A stretch of DNA of 64,000 bases, from positions 27,227-91,226 of the forward strand of contig CAYFXC010000005.1 of the NCBI GenBank assembly GCA_964347045.1, given 5' to 3'. Below the pieces are notes generated by a model, which ran no database searches, was not told where the DNA came from, and saw nothing but the letters and a program-made list of their open reading frames with translations. The translations under genes and the position numbers were made by a program. The DNA is from an uncultured archaeon. GTDB taxonomy: Archaea; Asgardarchaeota; Hermodarchaeia; Hermodarchaeales; Hermodarchaeaceae. This document shows positions 28,839 through 39,299 of the stretch, one piece after another (position 1 is the stretch's first letter; each line of letters opens with the position of its first letter).

Positions 28839-30017
28839 TCATAGCTCCTTCAATTGTTGTTGAATTAACTTTCTTATGGTTGTTCCCACTTGTTTCGTTG
28901 TTGAAGGTTTCACATTAGCATACGCTCCAACGCATAGATCATAGGTTCTAACTTGGCCCTCACTCAACACTTGAATAACAGCCGCCTCAATTATCGAAGC
29001 GGCTTCTAAGGCTTTTTGGTCCTGGTGTTGTTCACCGAGCCATTCAAGCATCATCTTTCCAGCCAAAATGGCTGCAATCGGATTAGCTCGGCGTTTCCCA
29101 GCATGACGCGGGGCTGATCCATGAATGGGTTCAAACATCGCATGCGTGTTACCTATGTTACCACCTGCAGCAACACCCATTCCTCCCTGAATTCCTGCTC
29201 CTAAATCAGAGATTATATCACCATACAAATTTGCAGTTACGACCACATTGTAATATTCTGGTCGACGAAGGCACCACATCGTCCATGCATCGATATACGC
29301 GAAATCGGGAACAATCTTAGGAGTTTCACGAACCAATTCCTGAAATACACGGCGAAAGAGTTGATCTCCAATTAGAACGTTACTTTTATCAACACATGTG
29401 ACTCGTCTTTGTCCATCGTGAGGTGCACCTTGTCTCCGTTTCAGAGCCAGCTTCAGAGCATATTGAATGACACGTTCTGATCCAAGCCGGGAAATTGGGC
29501 GCATGTCAATCGCTAATTCTTCCCGTTCGCTTTCACCGTAATGTTTCCCAATGCCTGCATACAAACCTTCAGTATTTTCTCGAATGATTACAAAGTCGAT
29601 ATCTTTAGGTTGTTTCTCTGCCAAAGGAGATGGAACGCCTGGATACAGTTTCACTGGCCGCACATTCGCATACAATTCGAGTTCACGGCGCTGCCCCAAA
29701 ACAATCGATACTCCTGCTAATTGCCCATCATTGCGACGCACAGGTTCCCCCGGTGTCTTCTCCCATCCAACAGCACCTAGCAGAATGGCATCAGCCTCCT
29801 GCTTAGAAAATATTTCAGCTTCACCCGACCATTCAACACCTGTCTCCAGATAGTATTTACCTCCGCAAGGAAACTCATGAAAAGAGAGGTTCAAACCAGA
29901 AATTCCTGCGGAAATTACTTTTAATATCTTCACAGCTTCTTGAATGACTTCGGGTCCAATCCCATCGCCTGGTAACACTTGAATCTTATAGGTACGTGTC
30001 ACAAGAATCCGTTCCAC
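28839..30017 (-). CDS. leuB: Isocitrate/isopropylmalate dehydrogenase family protein
   Basis: LPGDGIGPE, IRENTEG, DKSNV, NLYGDIISD, FEPIHGSAP. Confidence 0.85.
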   Translation of the reverse strand: MERILVTRTYKIQVLPGDGIGPEVIQEAVKILKVISAGISGLNLSFHEFPCGGKYYLETGVEWSGEAEIFSKQEADAILLGAVGWEKTPGEPVRRNDGQLAGVSIVLGQRRELELYANVRPVKLYPGVPSPLAEKQPKDIDFVIIRENTEGLYAGIGKHYGESEREELAIDMRPISRLGSERVIQYALKLALKRRQGAPHDGQRRVTCVDKSNVLIGDQLFRRVFQELVRETPKIVPDFAYIDAWTMWCLRRPEYYNVVVTANLYGDIISDLGAGIQGGMGVAAGGNIGNTHAMFEPIHGSAPRHAGKRRANPIAAILAGKMMLEWLGEQHQDQKALEAASIIEAAVIQVLSEGQVRTYDLCVGAYANVKPSTTKQVGTTIRKLIQQQLKEL

Positions 30018-30127
30018 AAACTTGTTCGTCTACAGCTATACAAAGTTTGCGACTCGTAAGGTTCCAGAAGATTTGGGTCTTATACCTATACATAAATTAA
30101 CTGTATAGGTATAGGATGCTGAAGAGT

Positions 30128-31387
30128 TTATTCAAGAGCATTCTCAACGAACTGAATCAAATCCACCATTTTCAGCTTGGACTCGCTCTTTTCGATCGCA
30201 AGTTGAAGACTTGTTTCACAGAAGGGACAAGCACTAACTAGGTGTGTTGCACCTGTTGCTTCGGCTTCTTTGATGCGTTCAATAGAAGTTTCAAGTGTCC
30301 AATCAGGAAACTGCGCTCGGGCTCCGCCACCGGCACCACAACACCAGCTGTTTTCGCGATTGCGAGGCATTTCAACGAAGTTATCACCGAGAAGGGTGCG
30401 AAGAATGGTTCGCGGAACTTCAAACCAGGCCGCCTTTTCCTTGCGGTTTTTAATTAATTCACCAATGTGGCGACCATAATGACAGGGATCATGGTACGTA
30501 GCTTTAACCCTTTTTAGTGGTTTCAGCTTCCCTTTACCCGCTTCGAGTGCTTCCGCAATAAAATTCACGCTGTGCTTGACTTCAAAGGGTAACGGACCAT
30601 AATATTTGGGCCAGTCTCGTTTCATTGTACGGAAGCACCCAGCACACGATGAGACGACAACTTTTGCACCAGAATTCTTGAAGAGCTCCACATTATGAGT
30701 TACATAATCTTTAACCAAATCCAGTTTGCCCACACGCATTAGTGGTGAACAACAACAGTATTCATCCTCTTTGACCGTAAAATCTGTACCCAGTTTCTCC
30801 ATCACTCGTAGAGTAGAAACTGCAAGTTCTTGTAACCGGTAGGATGCCGTACAGCCCACAAAGTATATTACATCGGCTTGATCTTTCAGCTTGAACTCCT
30901 TCGGAATCCAATCTGTCCGACAGGCATGATCCTCGTTGTATGGATTGCGCTTCACCTCTGTCGCTTTGGAATATCCCTGTTGTTTATCGAGGGGTCCAAC
31001 GCCCGCCTTAACAGCTTCAGCCCGCATTGCTTCAATGATGTCAACTGTTGGTAGCTCGTTTTCACATTGTGACTCACAATTACCACAAGTGGAGCAACGG
31101 AAAAGAAGGTCACCAATATCTTCGTTAATTTTGTAGTTACCATTGAGGATGGCTCGTGCAAGCCACATTTTCGCACCGCCACTGTATGCTTCCCATTCCA
31201 TGGCATTCCAGGCAGGGCATCCTGTTTCAAAGCCACCATTGGGGTTAGCGGCGTCTGCAATGGTGCATGCCTTGCAGTGGATGCAACGGGCGATTTCGAG
31301 TTCGTAATCCTTCAGTTCGGTTTTTGGTTTTTCAGTTTCGGTCATTGGGGAGTCCTCCGAAATGTGAGGAGAATTGCTGAGTTCCAC
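30128..31387 (-). CDS. (Fe-S)-binding oxidoreductase with CCG domains (GlcF/HdrD-like)
   Basis: CIHCKAC...CP, CSTCGNC...C, CCCS, YHDPC, CCGAGGG, SACPFC. Confidence 0.9.
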   Translation of the reverse strand: MELSNSPHISEDSPMTETEKPKTELKDYELEIARCIHCKACTIADAANPNGGFETGCPAWNAMEWEAYSGGAKMWLARAILNGNYKINEDIGDLLFRCSTCGNCESQCENELPTVDIIEAMRAEAVKAGVGPLDKQQGYSKATEVKRNPYNEDHACRTDWIPKEFKLKDQADVIYFVGCTASYRLQELAVSTLRVMEKLGTDFTVKEDEYCCCSPLMRVGKLDLVKDYVTHNVELFKNSGAKVVVSSCAGCFRTMKRDWPKYYGPLPFEVKHSVNFIAEALEAGKGKLKPLKRVKATYHDPCHYGRHIGELIKNRKEKAAWFEVPRTILRTLLGDNFVEMPRNRENSWCCGAGGGARAQFPDWTLETSIERIKEAEATGATHLVSACPFCETSLQLAIEKSESKLKMVDLIQFVENALE

Positions 31388-31485
31388 ATACGTTTGACCC
31401 TTTTACAGTTTGCCTTTTTTCGAAAAATTCACGCTACTAAATTTTACTCGATATATTCGTCTGGAGTCTTGTATGTTATGGCCTC

Positions 31486-32940
31486 CTAAACCTCGAGTCT
31501 TCCGGGGTGCATTATCCCATTCGGGTCCCAAAGATCTTTTAGTTCTTTGAGCATCTTCACATATTCGGGCATCAAGGGTCTCATCGCAGGCCAATGAATG
31601 AAGGCGTTTGGACGATAATTTAACCAGCCTTTCTTAAGGGCAATTTTAGTGAAGTATTTATCCCAGGCTTCAGCTTGTTCATAGCCTTTTTCGGTTCGGC
31701 TATCGAAGGTGATAATTGGCATTGAGATACACTGTCGCCCCTGCTCGATACTTGCTACCCATTGGACGGGTGGAATATCGAATTTCTCCATGGTCTCTAC
31801 AGAAATCCGGGAGATTTCAGCGCAATCCTTCCAGGGACAGTACCATGTAATGAATACGTAGCCAGCTCGGTGCATAGCATATGGAACTGCGATAAGGTTA
31901 GGTTTAGTAAGGCGTACGGCTTTGGCGCGGGGGTGAAGTTCCATGGGGTCGGCTTTGCCACCGGTTTCTCGGATTTTCTCTGCTTCTTCTTCGATGATGT
32001 CCATTTGGCTTTGCATTTCTTTTTCGGTGTTCGCCCAGAGCTCGTAGTTCATAAGCCATTCAGGAATGTAGTATTTCGTTTCTCGCCATTCTTCTAGAGT
32101 TGTGGGGACTTCCCGCTCATCCTTTCGGCTGGGGACTAGCCACCAGTTACCCCCTTGTACCATGACACCGACTTCTTTCTTTAAAACAGCCATTGAATGG
32201 TTTTGCATATCTTCAGGGGTATCATAATCATAGGCGACCAAGTCAATATAGGGGGGATGGGGGATGATACGTATTGCGGCTTTTGTGATGATGCCCATGG
32301 TGCCTTGAGCACCAAGAAAGAGACCCGTGAAGTCGGGTCCAGGTCCCCACGGGTAATAGGGTTTGAAACCCTTCAGAGCCCAGCTACCTGTGTATATGAT
32401 GTCGCCACGAGGGAGAATGACTTCAAGACCGTTGATCATTCGTCCCTGGGGACCATACTTGCTTGTGACTAAGCTAAAACCCCGTTCGAGTGCATCACCG
32501 ATGAGAGTGGCACGTGGTGGGGCACCATCTGGGACGGGCGGAGCCCATTCTGGGTGGTGTTTCCGGAAATATGTCCATACCTGCCCTGAAGTAACGCCTG
32601 CTTCCACAATGACATATCGGGCATCTTCGTCGACTTCGATGATTTTATTCAATCGTACCAAGTCTAAAATAATGCCTTCGGGTTTCAGAGGCTGAGCATA
32701 TCCGCCACTCAATCCTCCGGAATATGGACTGATAGGAATCTTATATTTGTTACAAAGGTTAACGATTTCTTGGATTTCATCCCGATTGCCCGGTTTCACA
32801 ATCGCTTCCGCGACAGCTGCTCGAATACCCATCACAGATCGCGCCATGTAACTATGGCGCATCGCAAGGTTAGTGGTAATATGATCAGGACCAATAATTT
32901 TGGTGGCTTCATCAACGAATTTATCAATATTGCCAGGCAC
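31486..32940 (-). CDS. FAD-linked oxidase (GlcD/VAO family)
   Basis: VEAGVT, FLGAQGTMGIITK, WDPNGIMHPG. Confidence 0.9.
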   Translation of the reverse strand: MPGNIDKFVDEATKIIGPDHITTNLAMRHSYMARSVMGIRAAVAEAIVKPGNRDEIQEIVNLCNKYKIPISPYSGGLSGGYAQPLKPEGIILDLVRLNKIIEVDEDARYVIVEAGVTSGQVWTYFRKHHPEWAPPVPDGAPPRATLIGDALERGFSLVTSKYGPQGRMINGLEVILPRGDIIYTGSWALKGFKPYYPWGPGPDFTGLFLGAQGTMGIITKAAIRIIPHPPYIDLVAYDYDTPEDMQNHSMAVLKKEVGVMVQGGNWWLVPSRKDEREVPTTLEEWRETKYYIPEWLMNYELWANTEKEMQSQMDIIEEEAEKIRETGGKADPMELHPRAKAVRLTKPNLIAVPYAMHRAGYVFITWYCPWKDCAEISRISVETMEKFDIPPVQWVASIEQGRQCISMPIITFDSRTEKGYEQAEAWDKYFTKIALKKGWLNYRPNAFIHWPAMRPLMPEYVKMLKELKDLWDPNGIMHPGRLEV

Positions 32941-33232
32941 GCTGGACGCCTCCGTTAAGGGGAATCAAGGTGTTGATGCCGACAACGTGTGACCGCCAGT
33001 ACATAAGCGTTACAGTCGTTAGAATTGTAATACATAAGTAAAACATGGAGTTTGTTCGAACAAACTTACGAGGTAAAATGAAATTCTGTTATGTTCAGAG
33101 CCACAGATCCTTGAATTGCTTATTTCGGTTAATATGAGTATATTTCAAATGTGATCCCAAGAAATCACACGTATACTTAATTTTCGTTGTTAATCTGAAA
33201 ATGACAAAAGATGAATTTGCTGCATTCAAACT

Positions 33233-34495
33233 TTAAGCTAATTTCTTCATTGCCTTCACGATGAGAAAGTCGGGTACCATATGATCATCGAGGTAAGCTT
33301 TTCGTGGGAATTGTTGAACCACTTCTTCAGAGGCCTTCGGTTCACTCACCTCAACAAGCACGAAATTATTTTTAATTAGTTCATTGAGATATGCGCTTAT
33401 CGGTCTGGGGAAAGTAATTGTTGGTGGATGATCGGTATTGAGCATTGGTCTTTCATCGAAGTAATCGATGACAACTTTCATCCGGTCTTCATTTCTTTGG
33501 CTATCTCTGGGAACTCTGATCGTATTGCATGCTGGCCAACTGAATGCCGGATGGAGAATACTAAACACAAAGATGCCCCCTTCCTTCAACACCTGGGATA
33601 TCTGCTGGATGGTCGTTTTATAATCTTTAATGTCCATTAGCGCCATATTGCAGATTACTTTGTCAAAAGAGGCTTCGTCGAACTTGTCTGTAAGTTGTTC
33701 AGCGTTGAGTCTCACATAGCTAATGCCCAATTGCTCTTTTTCTTCTCTTTCGATGGCAAAATCAAGCAATTCAGAAAGGTCAATCCCGGTGACCTTTGCG
33801 CCATTTCTGGCTAGATGGCGGGCCACGTTTCCTTCGCCACAAGCAACGTCTAATATTGTCTCGTCCTTTTGTAAATCAATCAAGTGATATAATACTGGCA
33901 AAATGATGTACTTATGATGGTAATCCCCGCCTTCCCCAGCAAAAGACACCCAGGTGGGAGCTGCATTGTCCCAGAAGGTTATTAGACTGATTTCATCAAT
34001 CGATTCTAGCCTCTCCCAGAATCCACATCTTCCTAGCGTGAGAACCCGTTGACGCCCCCAAGCCTTATGGGGAAACTCTTGTGATGCGATTTCATCCGTC
34101 GGGCTAGGTTTCCAGATAACAAGGCTTTCTTCTGGTTGAAGGGCTCCAACTTGGAAGGGATGGGTTCCATCATATTCCGCGAAATCTAATGCTGGATTCA
34201 TCTTCCCACAGTTCGCACAAGGAATGGTGTAGTAGTTGTCATAAATCAGGAATTCGTTTTGGACCATTTTTTCTTCGACACAGGCTAGACATGTAAAGGT
34301 CTTACAGGCAGAACACCAGGCAATTCCGTTGAAGTGTCTCAGTTCTCCACATGTGTTACATTCATATTTCCAGTGCAAAGAACAGCGCGGAGTAAAGGAG
34401 ATTACTTCATGGGACGCATCGTTTAAGGGATAGCCCTTGACCACTTGTGCATATTCAGAACAATAGAAACACGAAACACCCTCTAAAGAAGTCAT
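33233..34495 (-). CDS. SAM-dependent methyltransferase with Cys-rich N-terminal domain
   Basis: ILDVACGEG, FDKVICNMALMD, FSILHP; N-terminal CxxC motifs. Confidence 0.85.
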   Translation of the reverse strand: MTSLEGVSCFYCSEYAQVVKGYPLNDASHEVISFTPRCSLHWKYECNTCGELRHFNGIAWCSACKTFTCLACVEEKMVQNEFLIYDNYYTIPCANCGKMNPALDFAEYDGTHPFQVGALQPEESLVIWKPSPTDEIASQEFPHKAWGRQRVLTLGRCGFWERLESIDEISLITFWDNAAPTWVSFAGEGGDYHHKYIILPVLYHLIDLQKDETILDVACGEGNVARHLARNGAKVTGIDLSELLDFAIEREEKEQLGISYVRLNAEQLTDKFDEASFDKVICNMALMDIKDYKTTIQQISQVLKEGGIFVFSILHPAFSWPACNTIRVPRDSQRNEDRMKVVIDYFDERPMLNTDHPPTITFPRPISAYLNELIKNNFVLVEVSEPKASEEVVQQFPRKAYLDDHMVPDFLIVKAMKKLA

Positions 34496-34919
34496 AAGTA
34501 AGGAAATCAAAGAAAGTATAAAAAAAGCCCGCCGCCTTCCTAAAAGGTGCATTGAAAGTTAAACCGATTCTAGTGAGAGGTCTAAAAATTTTTGAGGTCT
34601 TTCTAATACCACATATGGGATATTCTTGAAAACTGCTGGTGATATGCCTACAATGACCAACCGTCGTGCGTATTTAACCATATTTGTTTATGTCAAACAA
34701 ATCTGTCATTTGCGTTGCAGTCGTTTTGGATTCTTAGAAAAACGTAAGTCAAAATAGAATGATGCATTTTTCTAGCAAAGCTAGTTACGTATGTCAATAA
34801 TTTCAGGCATGATTGTCAAGCTTAAAAAATGACTCTTTCGAAACAACGGGAACTATATAAAAGGGACATGTGTGCGTAATGAAGAGTTCCTAAAATTAGA
34901 TGAAATCTAAGGTGTTCTT

Positions 34920-37232
34920 ATGGTTGGATTCTTCTCGACGTTCCTCAGCCTCTCGCCATTTGAGCAAGCAATGCTCTATTTTGTTATCATTGCCGCCATT
35001 ATCAGTCTTATCTACGCCTTATGGCTTCGGCGTGATGTTCTCAAACACGATAAAGGCACCCCCGAAATGCAGGACGTTTGGGGCGCAATCAAAGAAGGAT
35101 CCAATGCTTACCTCTCCAAACAACTACGCACCATCCTTCCTATCATTTTCCTCCTCACTTTTGTTCTCTTTCTTTCGGTCTATATTATTCCCCCAAGCCC
35201 TGAAGCTGTTGATGTCTTTCCTCCAGGGTTGTATAGTACCAGTCTTATCATTGCCACTGGCCGCTCGATTGCCTTTATTATGGGGGCTCTCTCCTCCCTC
35301 TCTGTAGGTCAATTGGGTATGCGCATAGCCATTGAATCAAACATCCGTGTTGCCTCAGCTTCTGGACGTAGCTATCGTGAGGCTCTCAAAATCGCATATC
35401 ATGGTGGTACTTTCACTGGCATGCTCACTGATGGTCTTGGTCTTCTCGGCGGTACTCTCATATTCATCGCCTTCGGCATCAGCGCCCCTGATGCTCTCCT
35501 CGGCTTCGGACTCGGTGGCACACTTCTTGCTCTCTTTATGCGTATCGGTGGTGGTATTTATACAAAAGCCGCTGATGTCGGGGCCGACCTCGTCGGAAAA
35601 GTCGAAGCTGGGCTTCCCGAGGACGACCCACGCAATGCCGCTGTTATCGCTGACCTTGTTGGAGACAATGTTGGGGATTGTGCTGGTATGGCCGCTGACA
35701 TTTTCGAATCCTACGAAGTCACAATCGTATCTGCCCTTATACTTGGTGTCGCTCTTTTCGCTATTACTGGTCAAATCTTCTGGATTATTTTTCCCCTCGT
35801 TGTGCGAGCCATTGGTGTCATCAGTAGCATTATTGGGACCTTCATGGTTGCCGTCTGGCGAACTGACAAAGCCGAAAAAGCCATGTTCTACAGTTATGAA
35901 GTGAGTAGTGCTTTCACAATTATTGTGTCCAGCATCTTTGCTTTCGTATATACGGGGGACGTTCGACTCGGCATTCTAGTCGCTGTCGGTGTCCTTCTCG
36001 CCGTTAGCTTCAACCCTCTTACCAACTATTTCACCAGCCATCGCCATCGTCCTGTCGAAGAAATCGTTGAACAAGCTCACGGTGGACCCGCCACCATTGT
36101 ACTTAGCGGAATTAGCACTGGTTATGAAGCAGCTGTCTGGATCACAATAGTGATAGTCGCTTCCTTCATTGCCTCATGGCTCATCGCACCTGAATATGTC
36201 CTCTATGGTATCGCGCTCGTCGGTATTGGGATGCTAAGTCACACAGGCAATAACGTTGCAATGGATAGCTACGGACCCATTGCCGACAACGCTGGTGGTA
36301 TTGCCGAGTTAACGAATATGTCTGATGAACCACGGAAAGTTCTTGCAGATTTGGATGCAGTGGGTAATACGATGAAAGCGATTACAAAGAATGTGGCGAT
36401 TGCCTCCGCCGTGGTTGCTGCAAGTGCACTTTTCTACAGTTTTGTGGTTGATGTGACCCGTGCTGCAGAATTCTGGGGTATCATAAACCCATTGGCATTT
36501 GGGATTCAAGTGAATAATCCTGTGGTATTAGCTGGCCTCTTAGTTGGAGCAGCATTACCGTGGTTGTTCTCAGCCTTAGCAATTCGAGCCGTTAGTCGGG
36601 CCTCCAGTCAAATTATTGATGAAGTTCGAGAGCAGTTTAAGATTCCAGGTGTAATGGAAGGAAAGGTGAAACCACACTATGATCGAGTCGTCTCTATTAC
36701 AACAGCTGCAGCACAAAAAGAGCTCATTAGTTTAACGATTCTCGCGGTAGTTACTCCTTTGGTCGTTGGACTATTATTGCAGCTTGAGGCTCTAGGTGGA
36801 TTTCTGGCGGGTTTAATTGCGTCTGGGTTACTCCTTGCTGTGTACATGTCAGTTGCAGGGGGCGCGTGGGATAACGCGAAAAAATACATTGAAGAAGAAA
36901 TCTGTGCACCCCAGGAAGGCACTGGTAAAGGTTCTGAGCGACATAAGGCTGCCGTGTGTGGAGACACAATTGGTGATCCTCTGAAGGATACAGCTGGTCC
37001 AGCTTTGAATCCGATGATAAAGGTAGTTAACTTGGTAGCATTGATTGTTGCACCAGTTCTATTGATTTATCGGTTCAATCCACCTCCGACTTGGCCACCG
37101 AGTCCAGATTGGATGATTTTGACACTTATAATCAGCGTTGTTGTCATGATCTTTGTGACATTACTGATTTGGTCCTTCCGTCGAAGTCGGCGTTCCATTC
37201 CGCCTTTAGCTGAATGGGAAAGCAAAGATTAG
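34920..37232 (+). CDS. hppA: Membrane-bound H+-translocating pyrophosphatase, K+-independent type
   Basis: GGGIYTKAADVGADLVGKVE, EDDPRN, GDNVGD, GNTMKAITK (Lys at the K+-determining site), GDTIGDPLKDTAGP. Confidence 0.95.
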   Translation: MVGFFSTFLSLSPFEQAMLYFVIIAAIISLIYALWLRRDVLKHDKGTPEMQDVWGAIKEGSNAYLSKQLRTILPIIFLLTFVLFLSVYIIPPSPEAVDVFPPGLYSTSLIIATGRSIAFIMGALSSLSVGQLGMRIAIESNIRVASASGRSYREALKIAYHGGTFTGMLTDGLGLLGGTLIFIAFGISAPDALLGFGLGGTLLALFMRIGGGIYTKAADVGADLVGKVEAGLPEDDPRNAAVIADLVGDNVGDCAGMAADIFESYEVTIVSALILGVALFAITGQIFWIIFPLVVRAIGVISSIIGTFMVAVWRTDKAEKAMFYSYEVSSAFTIIVSSIFAFVYTGDVRLGILVAVGVLLAVSFNPLTNYFTSHRHRPVEEIVEQAHGGPATIVLSGISTGYEAAVWITIVIVASFIASWLIAPEYVLYGIALVGIGMLSHTGNNVAMDSYGPIADNAGGIAELTNMSDEPRKVLADLDAVGNTMKAITKNVAIASAVVAASALFYSFVVDVTRAAEFWGIINPLAFGIQVNNPVVLAGLLVGAALPWLFSALAIRAVSRASSQIIDEVREQFKIPGVMEGKVKPHYDRVVSITTAAAQKELISLTILAVVTPLVVGLLLQLEALGGFLAGLIASGLLLAVYMSVAGGAWDNAKKYIEEEICAPQEGTGKGSERHKAAVCGDTIGDPLKDTAGPALNPMIKVVNLVALIVAPVLLIYRFNPPPTWPPSPDWMILTLIISVVVMIFVTLLIWSFRRSRRSIPPLAEWESKD

Positions 37233-37344
37233 TGAATACCTATTTAGAATTATGCAACTACGTTGCTAGCAGTGGCGGTTCCTTTAGGAAGCAACATAAC
37301 ACCCAAAAATACGTATGGTATAATGATAGATAGTACATTTTTGG

Positions 37345-37533
37345 GTGAGCCTTATGTTCTCACAGCCACAGTATGTATTAATTCTAATTTTTATTGGTAT
37401 CGTATTCATCTTTGCAGGGTTTGGACTCTTATTGATACCCATTCTGGGCGCTCAATCCTATGTAGCATCGATATTCCTTCTAGCTGTGGGCGTAATTGCG
37501 CTCATCCTAGCAGGATGTCTAAGCCGACGCTAA
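37345..37533 (+). CDS. Small two-TM membrane protein
   Basis: 62 aa; two hydrophobic helices and a basic C-terminus. Confidence 0.5.
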   Translation: MSLMFSQPQYVLILIFIGIVFIFAGFGLLLIPILGAQSYVASIFLLAVGVIALILAGCLSRR

Positions 37534-37656
37534 AACTCCTTATCTAAGCCGACTCAAGCGTTTCTAGGATAATCTTATCAGAAATTTCAATTACTTCAGA
37601 ATAACAGAACGCTCATATGAAATCAATTAGATGAATGGAAAGATAGTTGTATATGA

Positions 37657-37766
37657 GTCACTGGAGCATTGGCGGATTAGACACCTCGAAGATAATAAAA
37701 ACATCGGAGAGGGAATGGTTTTCTAGGGGGGAGAGAGGTGCCAACACTTCTCACCGCTCCAGTGAC
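37657..37766 (-). ncRNA. Candidate structured small RNA, copy 2
   Basis: Perfect 11-bp terminal stem GTCACTGGAGC/GCTCCAGTGAC; inner stem GGCACCUC/GAGGUGUC; 28-nt core identical to copy 1. Confidence 0.65.
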
Positions 37767-37933
37767 CAATGCAGAAATCATGACGACACTAGCCCGTTTC
37801 TCAGATGAAAATCGCGTTGGCGACATATAAAGGTATATACTCGCTCTTTGGTTAGTTTTATTGTCAGCACGAGCTACACACTTTTAAGCGGTATTTCTAA
37901 CTAGTCGCCAAACTTATTCCGAGGCTGAGATTA

Positions 37934-39205
37934 ATGGTGGATTTTGCACTTTCCAAAAGGGAACAAGAACTCTTTGATACAGCTATGGCTTTTTCCAAGA
38001 AATGGATCGTACCCTATGCTCGTGAACTCGAAGAAGCCGACGAATTTCCTTGGGAATTGGCTCAGAAAGCCTATGATGCTGGACTGATGAACTCTCATGT
38101 GACAAAAAAGTATGGTGGACCCGCTCATTCGATGGTCGAAGAAACTCTTATCGGCGAAGCCATAGGCTACGGTGATGGAGGAATTGCCACTACTATTCTA
38201 GCAAATAACCTAGCACTCACACCCTTGCTCATTACGGCGACTCCTGAACAGATGGAAAAATACATCAAACCCTTTGCCACTGGGAAGAAACCTAAATTTG
38301 CGGCTTTTTGTCTAACCGAACGTGAAGCTGGTTCCGATGCAGCGGCTGTGAAGACCTCAGCTACAAAAGATGGGAATAATTGGATTATCAATGGGAGAAA
38401 GTGCTTCAGTACGAATGGACACATAGCAAAATATCATACTGTCTTCACCACCATAGATCCCGCCCTAGGATACAAGGGTATGGCAGTGCACCTAGTTGAC
38501 ACAGAACTCCCAGGTATTGAAATTGTAATGCTTGAAGACAAACTTGGGCAGCGAGCGTCCTTCCAAGCTGAAGTCGAATATAATGATGTTCGCATTCCTG
38601 ACGACTGCCTTTTTGGTGAAAAAGGAAAGGGTTTCAAATATGCTATGCAAACTCTAGACCGCACACGGGCTGGTATAGCTGCACTTGGTGTTGGTATTGC
38701 CCAACGCGCCGTAGACGAAGCAGCTATATTTGCAAATTTCCGGCGACAATTTGGCAAACCCATTGGTGCATTTCAGGGCATCAGCTTCATGATCGCTGAT
38801 ATGGAAGCACGTGCCATGCACGCTCGCTGGGCGACCCGTTACTCTGCTTGGTTAGTGGATCAGGGACAACGCAACACCAAAGAATCCAGCTGTGCCAAAT
38901 TCTTCGCTACCGATGCAGCCATGCAAAATACATTAGATTGCATCCAAATCATGGGCGGGTACGGCTATGCTAAGGAATATCCTGCTGAACAAATGATGCG
39001 AGGAGCTAAACTCACTCAAATCTATGAAGGTACAAATCAAATTCAACGATTAGTCGCTGGGCAGGCAATCCTAAAGGAAGCCCAAGTTACTGAGCTCGAT
39101 ACTGGATTCCGACTGCAATATTCCGGTAAAGATTATCCTGATCCCTGGGGTCCACGTGAAGGCGACGTCCCTGATTTCTGGGGAAAGAAGAAATCCAAGA
39201 AATAA
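37934..39205 (+). CDS. Acyl-CoA dehydrogenase
   Basis: FCLTEREAGSD, INGRKCF, KLGQRAS, RRQFGKPI, GGYGY, IYEGTNQIQR. Confidence 0.95.
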   Translation: MVDFALSKREQELFDTAMAFSKKWIVPYARELEEADEFPWELAQKAYDAGLMNSHVTKKYGGPAHSMVEETLIGEAIGYGDGGIATTILANNLALTPLLITATPEQMEKYIKPFATGKKPKFAAFCLTEREAGSDAAAVKTSATKDGNNWIINGRKCFSTNGHIAKYHTVFTTIDPALGYKGMAVHLVDTELPGIEIVMLEDKLGQRASFQAEVEYNDVRIPDDCLFGEKGKGFKYAMQTLDRTRAGIAALGVGIAQRAVDEAAIFANFRRQFGKPIGAFQGISFMIADMEARAMHARWATRYSAWLVDQGQRNTKESSCAKFFATDAAMQNTLDCIQIMGGYGYAKEYPAEQMMRGAKLTQIYEGTNQIQRLVAGQAILKEAQVTELDTGFRLQYSGKDYPDPWGPREGDVPDFWGKKKSKK

Positions 39206-39299
39206 ATCTGATTTACTTCCTTTTAAAAAGAAAGTGAAAGAGCCGACATTGGGTATTCCATTTGTCGACTCTTGGAGTTTTCGAGTGGAGCAAAGATAA

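Noticed and set aside
35332-35904. Long alternative-frame ORFs within hppA (and similar ones in uvrA and rbr)
   Set aside because: By-products of codon bias in strongly conserved genes
12300-37733. CRISPR repeat or IS-end interpretation of the 28-nt repeat
   Set aside because: Only two dispersed copies, no spacers, no cas or transposase gene, and no evident target-site duplication
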